Shown piece after piece: positions 39,982 to 49,196 of a stretch of DNA of 64,000 nt (positions within the stretch are counted from its first letter, which is position 1; each line of letters opens with the position of its first letter). The translations under genes and the position numbers were made by a program. The notes below the pieces were generated by a model. It was not told the origin of the DNA. It saw only the letters and a list, made by a program, of their open reading frames with translations, and did not search any database. Source of the DNA: Promethearchaeota archaeon. Lineage in GTDB: Archaea > Asgardarchaeota > Lokiarchaeia > Sigyniarchaeales > SOKP01. The DNA is taken from the NCBI GenBank assembly GCA_019058445.1, contig JAHPZA010000006.1, positions 832,001-896,000 on the forward strand. Reading direction: 5' to 3'.

Positions 39982-42303
39982 ATGAAGATTTTAGCATGGA
40001 GTGATTGGAGAATCCAATCTTTAGAGACATTAATGGGCATTATACAAAAGGAAAATCCCGACCTACTACTCTATGCGGGAGATGATTTAGATCGATTAAT
40101 TGGTGCAAGCAGTAAGATTTATTTTAAAACGTATAATCATTTTATAGAGGTAGATATAAATAAATTAGATGATCTGTACCAAAATGACTCATTTGCGAAA
40201 AATCCTAAAATTAAGGAAATTATCCTAGAATTTCAAAATAATAATTTAAATCTCATTGAGCAGCTTGATATTCCTTTCATATACGTAAATGGAAATGATG
40301 ATTATATCTTAAAGATTAATGGAGAGAATTATCTTAAAATTTCTAAAAGCTTCAGAATAAATAAGGAATGGTATGATATATGCGAAAATATTGAGGGAAG
40401 AGTAGATTTTATCCCACACGACGAGTATAAGGAGTTAAGTGAAAATATCCCCTATATAAAAAAGGTTTTAAGAGACCAAAAGGAATATAAAATCTTATCA
40501 AGTTCTCCAGAAATTAAAAAATATCTTCACAATGAGGAGGTTTATGAGGTATATAGTATTTATGGGCAAGATGATATTTTTTATGCGATTGAAAAAGGGC
40601 AGAACCACATTGACCCTTTTTTGTGGTATACAAAAGATAATGGAATATATGTGAAAATATCCCCCACCTATGGAAAAACCGAGTTCAATACTCGAAATGA
40701 ATCAATATCCATATTTGGAAGCGGTTGCTCTATTGGAAGGGAAAGTCAAATTATTTTTCCTCCCAACGAATATGCTGATATTTACCTCTCTCATTTACCA
40801 CCATTAGGGAAATTAGATTTATCAAGTAGATTTGGAATCAACCATATTGGCTCAAAAGCACTTTTAGAGGCAATACATACCTATCACCCTAAATTTGTGA
40901 TATGCGGACACTCTCATATGTGGGGCGGAGAAGCAGAACACGTCAATGGCACGGTAGTTGTAAATGTAAGTTCTCATGACAGTCCACGATTTACCACCAC
41001 AGCAAATTACGTTACCATTACTACTAATGATTGGTCTTACCAAATTAAAAAAGAAAGTATGCTCCCAGAAAATACCCTATCTCTCCTGAAAATAAGGGGG
41101 TTTAATACTTTAAGAAAAAAATTGCGCGAAAAAGGAGATATTTACATTCAAAATGAAATATATCATAAATATCATAAAAACTTAGAAGGATTAGTGGGAG
41201 TTAATAGGGAGAGGGGCTTTTATATAGATGTAGGATCTTTAGAGAGAAAGGAGCCTGCAGAACAAATAAAAATACAGAAATTCTTAAAGGAAGAACTCAG
41301 CCTTGATATATCAATATATCGGCAAGAGTATGAGAAAGCTAGTTCATTATACGCCAAATTGTATTTTGCTCGCATTTTTGATGATGCGTTTGAAGTCTTA
41401 AATGAGGTGGAGAATTTTGGAATTTCTACTTTACGAATGAAAGAAAGGATATTAGCCTTGAGTAAAAGAACCCCAAAGGTACAAAAAAGTATCACATTTA
41501 ATCCTTATGATAATTATTTTGTTGATGTTGAAACCGGAAATTTTCAAGCAGATGAACCGGGTAGATTATGGTTGATAGGGATCGCAAGTGGACGCCAGAA
41601 ACAGATTAAACAGTTTGTTTATCCTCAAGAGTTTCCAAAGTTCCTTAAGTATCTGAAAGATAATGCTATTGACACCTTAGTCTCGTGGTCACGATATGAT
41701 CATCAAGTATTGAGACCAATCCTAAAGTCCCACAAAATAAAAATGAAATATTATGATGCCTTACAAAGGACTGCCAATTGTTTAAGTTGGCATACCTATT
41801 CATTACATGATCTTTATAACGCCCTTTTCCCAGATAAGAAGACTCCTCCAGAGCTCATTTCTGGAGAAAGAGCTGGATTGTATGCTGATCATTTATTGAT
41901 TGATAACTCTTCGTGTCCTCACTGCTCAAATAAGAAAGATCAAATCATCGAGGAGATCAAAAAACGAAACAAATTAGATGTATTACAAATGATAGAGATT
42001 TGTGAGCATTTATATAAAGAAGAGATTTATGAGTGTCCCAACTGTGGTTTTACCACCAAATATAAAAAAGGTTTGATACGACATATAAAAAATAAGGTGT
42101 GTAAAAAGGAGGAGCGTGAAGTAAAGAAGAAAAGTCCCCCTCTTCTTTCCATTAATAAAAAGGACATAGAAAATCTGGCACATTTTAATGAATACGGAGT
42201 GTTTGTGTGCAATTGTGGAAAAACATATTTATCGGGCTCGCATAGGTATATCTTAGATCATATCCAATATTGCCCCCAATTTATCTTTAAAGTAAAGAAG
42301 TAG
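39982..42303 (+). CDS. Calcineurin-like metallophosphoesterase fused to RNase H-like (YprB-type) domain and zinc fingers
   Basis: MKILAWSD, YAGDD, VNGNDD, SHLPP, CGHSH; later FVDVETG...LWLIG...YD...D; CPHC, CPNC..H, CNCG..H..C. Confidence 0.75.
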   Translation: MKILAWSDWRIQSLETLMGIIQKENPDLLLYAGDDLDRLIGASSKIYFKTYNHFIEVDINKLDDLYQNDSFAKNPKIKEIILEFQNNNLNLIEQLDIPFIYVNGNDDYILKINGENYLKISKSFRINKEWYDICENIEGRVDFIPHDEYKELSENIPYIKKVLRDQKEYKILSSSPEIKKYLHNEEVYEVYSIYGQDDIFYAIEKGQNHIDPFLWYTKDNGIYVKISPTYGKTEFNTRNESISIFGSGCSIGRESQIIFPPNEYADIYLSHLPPLGKLDLSSRFGINHIGSKALLEAIHTYHPKFVICGHSHMWGGEAEHVNGTVVVNVSSHDSPRFTTTANYVTITTNDWSYQIKKESMLPENTLSLLKIRGFNTLRKKLREKGDIYIQNEIYHKYHKNLEGLVGVNRERGFYIDVGSLERKEPAEQIKIQKFLKEELSLDISIYRQEYEKASSLYAKLYFARIFDDAFEVLNEVENFGISTLRMKERILALSKRTPKVQKSITFNPYDNYFVDVETGNFQADEPGRLWLIGIASGRQKQIKQFVYPQEFPKFLKYLKDNAIDTLVSWSRYDHQVLRPILKSHKIKMKYYDALQRTANCLSWHTYSLHDLYNALFPDKKTPPELISGERAGLYADHLLIDNSSCPHCSNKKDQIIEEIKKRNKLDVLQMIEICEHLYKEEIYECPNCGFTTKYKKGLIRHIKNKVCKKEEREVKKKSPPLLSINKKDIENLAHFNEYGVFVCNCGKTYLSGSHRYILDHIQYCPQFIFKVKK

Positions 42304-42410
42304 TTTTACAGATATCTATCTAAATTTTTATAGACTAGGATAATTTTCGATTTTTTCTTTATAAATAGGCATCAGTAATTTACTCCAAAGAAGAATTTAA
42401 GGTAATGTAA

Positions 42411-42782
42411 ATGGAAAGACAATTTACCCTCGTAACCTATACATTAGTACTTCTGCTCATGATAGGATTAGTAGTTAATTTAGCATTACTTATTGTAATA
42501 TTATTAGTCGATACCTTTTTAGTTTCTGATGCTATTACCGTGTCCGCTATAATCCTAATTACATTATCAATGGTTGGGATTTTCTCTAAGCAAAAATGGG
42601 GTGCCACACTTGCTATTTCTAAATCTATATTTGATATTATACTAAGACTGTGGTTTTTCTCCCTTGGCTATACCGACACATTAATTTTTATACTGCTTAC
42701 CCTCGTCCTTGCAATAAAAGAATATCAGCATATAGATACCTATTGGCAATCGGTTACATCTAAATCTATATCCTATCCCTAA
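42411..42782 (+). CDS. Small four-TM membrane protein
   Basis: Four hydrophobic segments in 123 aa. Confidence 0.65.
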   Translation: MERQFTLVTYTLVLLLMIGLVVNLALLIVILLVDTFLVSDAITVSAIILITLSMVGIFSKQKWGATLAISKSIFDIILRLWFFSLGYTDTLIFILLTLVLAIKEYQHIDTYWQSVTSKSISYP

Positions 42783-42857
42783 GTCCCTTTTTTTTCATAC
42801 TAATCTGAAAATTCATTAATCTACACATATTTAAATTCGAATGTTTCATAATGTATC

Positions 42858-43007
42858 ATGGCAACAAAAGCATCATAACTCCGGTATCACCCTGGATTTT
42901 TGTCTTTTGGTTAGTGTATGGAAATACACTCTGATTTTGCCCTCCTCCCCCTTGTATTGTTTTGACCTCTGTGTGAGGTCCCGATACCAGGAGTTTTTTG
43001 TTGCCAT
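42858..43007 (+). ncRNA. Candidate 150-nt structured non-coding RNA (or MITE-like element)
   Basis: Closing stems of 12+6+6 bp, two internal hairpins (one with a GGAA tetraloop), TTTAAA box ~25 nt upstream, T-tracts downstream. Confidence 0.6.
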
Positions 43008-43131
43008 TTTTTCAGTATTTTTTTTACTACTACTATCTTTTCTGTTAAACTATGATAAAAATCCAAATAACTTTTTATAATAGGAATACTATGGAAAAGT
43101 TTAAGGAATACTAGATGAGGAAAATAGAGCA

Positions 43132-43623
43132 ATGTCCGACCAAAAATCACCTCTTAAATCTATCATTCGCAGCTACATACTTGAGATCGGTGGGCTTTTA
43201 AAAGAAGAATTAAAGGAACCTCGATTTGAATTTGGATTTCGGTTCTTATATCCCAATGAAAGAGGCAGACTTCTGCTTATTGCCCAACCAAAAAATAAAT
43301 CTGTGATTGAAATTTCACAAGGTACCCCCCTCTCTACAGAGCACCGACAAGGATTTATGGCTTTACCTGACAGAGATAAAAAAAATTTCGTGAAGAATTT
43401 ACAAAAAATCTTATTTCGTTTGGAAGTAGATTATTCCTATGAGTTTTCTAAGCATTATACCATCGTGCTTATAGATAAACTATTTTTAGAGAATGATGCC
43501 ATTTCTATTAATGAGTTATTCCGTTCCGTGCGTAAAATATAGTGTAGCACCATGAACATTATATTTTTCATCCAGGAGTTCTTTTCTGAAGAATTCGATC
43601 CTACCACTTTTACTGTAGGATGA
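43132..43623 (+). pseudogene. DUF2299-like protein with in-frame amber codon at 43540-43542
   Basis: Frame continues after TAG as CSTMNIIFFIQEFFSEEFDPTTFTVG to TGA at 43621-43623; family call tentative. Confidence 0.5.
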
Positions 43624-43754
43624 AAAAAAGAATTAAGGAAAGAGAAAGAAATTCATAACCTAAGTTTTCATTATATTTCTATTTTATCATAAATCCAAAT
43701 TGCACACGAGACTCCATATTAATATGCTAAACATTAAAAGGAGATGATCCCCAT

Positions 43755-44021
43755 ATGAGCATAATCCTCAAGCTGAAAATTAAGAGAGCAAAACTCACCG
43801 AGAAATACTTTATATTCGGTTTTAACGATGGATCATTCATAGGATTTCATAATGAGAGTTTGAAGTTAATCGCATACAAACACAATGGAGAGAAATGGGA
43901 ACCAATCCGAAAGGCAGATACCACATTTGATGCTCATATTAACGCCATCATATCATTCCTCGTTGAGAGAGAAGCCCTCAAAAAATTAACCATATATCAA
44001 ACCCTCCTAAGCAGGTGTTAA
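43755..44021 (+). CDS. Small hypothetical protein
   Basis: 88-aa ORF preceded by AGGAGATG SD-like motif. Confidence 0.6.
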   Translation: MSIILKLKIKRAKLTEKYFIFGFNDGSFIGFHNESLKLIAYKHNGEKWEPIRKADTTFDAHINAIISFLVEREALKKLTIYQTLLSRC

Positions 44022-44025
44022 GACC

Positions 44026-44208
44026 ATGTGCGAACTCTTAGAAATGGCAATTCTAAAGGAAGTGGCATTAAACGTATTTGCTCCGTAACTTGAGGCACTC
44101 CAGCAAATGCCCGTGCTTGAAGTCAATGAAATCGAAGAGATTCTCAGGTACGCAGATTATACTGATTACAAGACATTTCAAGATCTCCGTACCTTATTTC
44201 ACTTCTAA
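44026..44208 (+). pseudogene. Small ORF interrupted by in-frame TAA (44086-44088)
   Basis: AGGTG SD; MCELLEMAILKEVALNVFAP*LEALQQMPVLEVNEIEEILRYADYTDYKTFQDLRTLFHF*. Confidence 0.5.
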
Positions 44209-44340
44209 ATTTTTATTTCTATTTTTTTTATTTTCTTTTATTCATTAATATCTTTAATTAAAAAAATAAAAATTAGAATATTAATTAAAAAAAAATGGAA
44301 ATTATATTGATATTTTACGTTATACTATGGAATACTGCTT

Positions 44341-46094
44341 TTATTTTCGTAAAAGTTTCTTGTCAACCTTTCCAACAGCAGTCAATGGGAGCTCTTCTAT
44401 GATTTTAATTTTCTTCGGGACTTCATATGGAGCACATTGCTCCTTTGCAAATACAATGATACTTTCTTTTAACGCCTCTTCATTTCCGTCATATTCATAG
44501 TTAGGGTCTAGCTGAATATAGGCATTTACAATTTCAGAGCCCGGGCGATCGGGATTCGGTTCACCTATTAGTGCCATACTTCCAATCGCAGGATGTTTGG
44601 TTAATGTGTCTTCTACCTTAGATGAGAAAACTTTGAAACCCCCTACAATTATCATATCCTTGGTACGGTCTACAATACGTATATATCCATCCTCATCCAT
44701 CATTCCCACATCACCGCTGTGCATATATCCATCCGCATCAATCGCTTTTTTGGTTTCTTCAGGTTTGTTGTAATAACCCTGCATGACTAATGGACCTTTT
44801 ACGCAAATCTCTCCAGCTTCTCCCAAGGGTACTGCTTTTCCAGTTTCTGGATCAACAATCTTTAAGTCAACATTCTGAATAGGCATTCCAACTGTACCTA
44901 ATTTTCTTTCTCCTTTCGAAGGATTCATTGTTGCAACGGGGGACAGTTCGGTCATTCCGTATAATTCCAATAATTTTCCCTTTCCTACTATACTTTCTAA
45001 TTGTATCTGAGATTCGATGGGGAAAGGAGATGCTGCAGAAATACAGACTTCTAAAGTTGAGTGATCCAACCTTTTGAATTTTTTGAAATTTATTAGAATC
45101 TGATATAGGGAAGGTACATTCACAAGTCCAGAAGGTTTGTACTGTTTAATTTGATTACATATGGACAAAGCGTTTCGTGGGTCCTGCATTAGACGAATCG
45201 TCTTAATTAATCAGGCACGAGACACTGGGTCCAACCCAGATAAATAAAACTCTCACAAACAGTTAAACCTGCAATATGGAAGAAAGGAAAACCTGATAAT
45301 GCTGTTCCCACTCCCCATTCCCAATTAAGCCATGACCGAATAGACATAATGTTAGAAATTGTATTTCTATGGCTTATCATTGCTCCTTTGGGAGGTCCTG
45401 TGGTGCCTCCAGTATATTGAATAAATGCAATATTGTCGGGAGAAATCTCTACATTCGGCGGATCAGTTGGATATTTTGCAAAAACGTCATCATGAATATC
45501 TAATACAGTTTTTCCCTCTAAAGGTGTGACTTCTCCCGAAGGAATTTCCTGAACAGCTTTAATTTTTTCCTGTTGTTCTTTTGGAAAGATCCCAATAACG
45601 CTGGTGGTTAAGACAAGTTTTAATTGAGGGCATTTCGAAGCGATTTTAACCAATCTTCCCGCAAAAATTGCATCTAAAGTTATCAATGCAACATTTTTTC
45701 CACCCTCTCCTAAGTCGTTTATTTGGTATTGCATTTGAATCTCCGACATGAGAGGAGAAACTCCTGAAAGGATACATCCTGCTCTCAATATACCTACGAG
45801 GGCAATAACATATTCTGGAATATTAGGTAAATTTACTGCTACAACATCCCCTTTTTTAAATCCATGGTCAATTAATGCATTTGCTAACGAATTTGCGTAT
45901 TTATCCAGCTGCCCATATGTAACTTCTAAACCTTGAAATGCTAAAGCAACTTTATCGGGAACTTCTTTAAATGTCCGTTCTATTCCTTTTACATATGTGG
46001 TGTCGAATTCCTTTGGATCGATATCGTGAACATCAGAATCCCAATTTTTTTTCCAAAAACGGCTAGCATAAATTTCTTCTGCCATATTTATCAC
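44341..46094 (-). CDS. fadD: Long-chain fatty acid-CoA ligase 2; two exons (46094-45210 and 45180-44341), ~574 aa after splicing
   Basis: Same motifs as ligase 1; removing 45181-45209 gives continuous GWTQCLVPDPRNA. Confidence 0.88.
45181..45209 (-). other. Putative 29-nt BHB-type mRNA intron
   Basis: mRNA: UCGUG[CCUG](AU^U)AAUUAAGACG-auu-CGUCUAAUG[CAGG](AC^C)CACGA; perfect 5-bp outer and 4-bp central helices; excision repairs both stop and frameshift. Confidence 0.85.
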
Positions 46095-46487
46095 TGATTT
46101 CTTTTTTTTTTGTAAATTTTATTATGTGTAACTATAATTGATCAATTCTTTTTATAAAAGTTTTATACATCCATTTTTTTCTATATTATTAATTATGCTT
46201 TATTTTAATATTGAAAATTAATAATAATTATTAAAAAAAATAAAAACAATTCTCAAAATAGAAAAAAAAGATTAATTAATTGTTGATTTAGGGCATTTTA
46301 GGTAACACAATTTCTCTTATTTATGCTATACACGATTAAATTTATCAAATCTTTTTAGATAAATTCTACCCAATTCTTTGGTAATTTTTTCAATAATAAT
46401 CCACTTCAAGTTTAAAAATTAACAGATATTACCACTACAAAAAGGAAAAAAAAATTTTTAATAAAAAAATAGAAATTTAGGTTTAGA

Positions 46488-46874
46488 TTAGAATAGAATA
46501 CTGGCAAGACCAAGTGTTACTCTAATTATGAAAAGTAGTACAATTACTATGATTATAGCGAATATGACTGCTACTATTGTAACTACTATGGCCCCTCCAT
46601 ACCCTGTCTTGTGGCGCGCATTCACGAGAAGCCAAAAGATTAGTAAAAAGATTAATAACGAAATTATTAACCATAAGATACCTGCCGGTGTGATTATTAA
46701 TATCACCCATAAGATAATTGCGCCGACTAATGCAGTAAGAAAGGCCGAACCAAATGAATCATTTTCAGATTCAACAAAACCTAATCCTAGTTTGAGAAAA
46801 ACTGTGATAAATAGCAACAAAAAGATTAAAAGCAACACATAAAGAATAAGACCAGCTACTCCTTGCATTAACAT
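46488..46874 (-). CDS. Small four-TM membrane protein
   Basis: Highly hydrophobic 128 aa, SFGSAFLTALV and H.TGYGGA.V motifs. Confidence 0.7.
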   Translation of the reverse strand: MLMQGVAGLILYVLLLIFLLLFITVFLKLGLGFVESENDSFGSAFLTALVGAIILWVILIITPAGILWLIISLLIFLLIFWLLVNARHKTGYGGAIVVTIVAVIFAIIIVIVLLFIIRVTLGLASILF

Positions 46875-47225
46875 TTTAAAATCTCACTTTTTTTTAGTTT
46901 TGTTTTTAATTAAATTTTTTTTAATAGATTTATAGGATATCTAATGTTTTTTTTTCTTTATTTAGTTTACTCTTCTAATATATCAAACTTTTTTCTTTAA
47001 AAAGAAGTATTCTATTTTTGTCGGCATCAAATACACTAATTTATAAAGCTCTTTTTACTTTTACTTTTAATCTCCTCCCTCTGTCTCCATGTAATCATCT
47101 TACTTTCAAAAGTACTCTTAATTCTTTTAAATGGAACTCTCTTTTTAAATCATTTGCAGATTGAGCAAAGTTCAGAAAATTGTCGACGTATTTTGTTTTT
47201 ATTTTGACGGATCACTTTTTCGTTT

Positions 47226-47990
47226 GTGAAAAAATTAGCTCCATTTGATTCCGGTTTTCGAGTATATCAAAAGAACAACAGACTCCCGATCATTTCAAGC
47301 GGAGATTCTACGCTGGACGAATTATTTGGGGGAGGCTTTCATAAAGATTTAGTGTATCTCTTATATGGAGATAAAAAAAAAACGACCAGTATCTTGCTAA
47401 CTACCGCAGTTACAGCACAGAAGGCACTTGTGAATGGAGGAATGGGGGATGGGATAAAAGTTGCGTTTATTGATGGAAATAATCGGTTTAATCCCTACAA
47501 TGTAAGTAAATATGCAGTCACCCAAAAACTATCCCCTACCAAAGTCTTAGAAAACATCATTATCGCCCGAGCATTCACCTGGGATCAAATGATTGAACTG
47601 TTGGAGAATCGACTTGCCAAGCTTGAACATGTCAAGGTGGTCATGGTCTCAGGAATCACTACTCTTTTTCAAAGCTATGAGAAACAGACATTTGAGGACC
47701 TGTTGAGAGCAATAGACGGAATCAAGAAGATATTGGCAAGAACAAAACCATTAATTATATTAACTGCCCCCTTAAATGAACACTCCCTCTTTAGGCCAAA
47801 GGGTGGCAAGATTCTTTCTCATTTCGGAAATGTTCTGGTATTGATAAATGAAGACGAGCGTTATGTGGAATATAACCTTGTCCAACATCCTTTTTTGTCA
47901 GAAAATCGATTATTAAAGTGGAAGCCTCGGGAGCCGAAAAGAAAAGTGTCAAATCCTACGAAAAATACCACTATAGATTGCTGGTTCTAA
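47226..47990 (+). CDS. Inactivated RadA/RecA-like protein of the PolB2-associated type
   Basis: ISSGDSTLDELFGGGF, degenerate Walker A YGDKKKTT, FIDGNNRFNPY, IARAFT; C-terminal NTTIDCWF. Confidence 0.8.
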   Translation: MKKLAPFDSGFRVYQKNNRLPIISSGDSTLDELFGGGFHKDLVYLLYGDKKKTTSILLTTAVTAQKALVNGGMGDGIKVAFIDGNNRFNPYNVSKYAVTQKLSPTKVLENIIIARAFTWDQMIELLENRLAKLEHVKVVMVSGITTLFQSYEKQTFEDLLRAIDGIKKILARTKPLIILTAPLNEHSLFRPKGGKILSHFGNVLVLINEDERYVEYNLVQHPFLSENRLLKWKPREPKRKVSNPTKNTTIDCWF

Positions 47991-48082
47991 AAGAATTGCT
48001 TAGACTATAGTCATCAAAAGAGTGATAAAACCTTAATTTATTCAATATTTATATCAATCTATCAGCTTAGGATGGCTATTTT

Positions 48083-49189
48083 ATGAATAAAAAGATAAAA
48101 GTTTTTGGTGCTGCGTTAGATCCTATAGACGATCCGATGAAAGTTCTTGCCAAATGTTCTTATATCAATCGGATAGCACAAAATATTGTTGATCCTGAAA
48201 GAGCTTTTTTGGATCCTTATGAAGGCTTACTTAAGTTTTCAAAGGTTTTGAATAAGGAGGAATATATCAAAATAGGGAAATTTCCAATTGAGTCATGGTT
48301 AACTCCTAAACCTAAAATTGAAGATTATCCCCTATTAGATCCCTTTAAATATCAAGAATATGTTAATAGTGGGGCCGTGAGAGCGCTTTCTAAAAATTTA
48401 GAGAATTTTGTTTTGGAAAAAATACTACCAGATATACCGTTAATGATAGGTGTGGATCATTCTTTAACTGGGGGAGTTTTGAGTGCTCTTTCGAAGAAAT
48501 ATGGACCGGAAAATATATTAATAGTAATATTTGACGCTCACTTCGATGCCATTCCTGCTCAAATCTCGTTAGATTTAGTAAAATATATGCAAGAACATCA
48601 AAAGGAAATACATGTACTTTCTCCTGGATTACTCGACTCTATGGATGTTAATTCTATTATCTTAAAAGATAGTTATACATGTGCTTCTTTCTTGGATTAT
48701 TTAATTCAAGATGGTACTATATTACCAGAAAATTTGATTGTTTTTGGTTGTCAAGATTATCCTAGTGAGGAATATCGCTTTATAGACGATTCAAGGGTAA
48801 GGCAATTTGTAGAATATTATCAATCTTTTGAGGAAAAGAGTGCAAAAATTATTCCTGGAACAATAAATAAAAATAATATGGTAAAGAAATTAAAGGAATC
48901 TTTAGAAGAGTGCAAAGTGCCTTATGTTTACATCTCATTTGATGTAGATGTAGGGATTTTTAAAGAAATTCTAGCAGCTCGATTTATGAATGTTATAGGA
49001 ATTGAGAAAGAATTGATCTTGAATGCTGCAAGAGTTATTAAAGCATTCATGGAACTAAAAAAATGTGAATTAATTGGCCTAGATTTTTTAGAAATTGATA
49101 CGTATATCCTTGGTAGAGAACTTAAAAAATCGGGAAGAATCGATCGAACAGCTCAAGTAATTGATGAATTTTTAGAGATAATAATTTAA
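48083..49189 (+). CDS. Arginase/ureohydrolase family protein
   Basis: GVDHSLT, FDAHFD, SFDVD metal-binding motifs. Confidence 0.8.
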   Translation: MNKKIKVFGAALDPIDDPMKVLAKCSYINRIAQNIVDPERAFLDPYEGLLKFSKVLNKEEYIKIGKFPIESWLTPKPKIEDYPLLDPFKYQEYVNSGAVRALSKNLENFVLEKILPDIPLMIGVDHSLTGGVLSALSKKYGPENILIVIFDAHFDAIPAQISLDLVKYMQEHQKEIHVLSPGLLDSMDVNSIILKDSYTCASFLDYLIQDGTILPENLIVFGCQDYPSEEYRFIDDSRVRQFVEYYQSFEEKSAKIIPGTINKNNMVKKLKESLEECKVPYVYISFDVDVGIFKEILAARFMNVIGIEKELILNAARVIKAFMELKKCELIGLDFLEIDTYILGRELKKSGRIDRTAQVIDEFLEIII

Positions 49190-49196
49190 TTTGCTT

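Noticed and set aside
42858-43007. Retron msr-msd or hammerhead ribozyme
   Set aside because: No reverse transcriptase in the window and no CUGANGA core.
42841-43150. Two overlapping 79-aa ORFs
   Set aside because: No recognisable protein features; the region is better explained by the RNA structure at 42858-43007.
43520-43560. Possible third BHB intron around the amber codon (GTGC/GCAC helix)
   Set aside because: Inner and outer helices are poor, and rule-based excision of 19 nt creates an immediate TGA instead of restoring the frame.
30879-45209. The two fadD inserts as attL/attR scars of an integrated element
   Set aside because: They share no core sequence, each gene keeps both of its own halves, and no integrase is visible; BHB geometry explains both.
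30030-46094. fadD genes as ordinary pseudogenes or sequencing errors
   Set aside because: All catalytic motifs are intact with no other lesions; the inserts are self-complementary 29-30-mers rather than homopolymer slips and are removed exactly by the BHB rule. A read-level check is still advisable.
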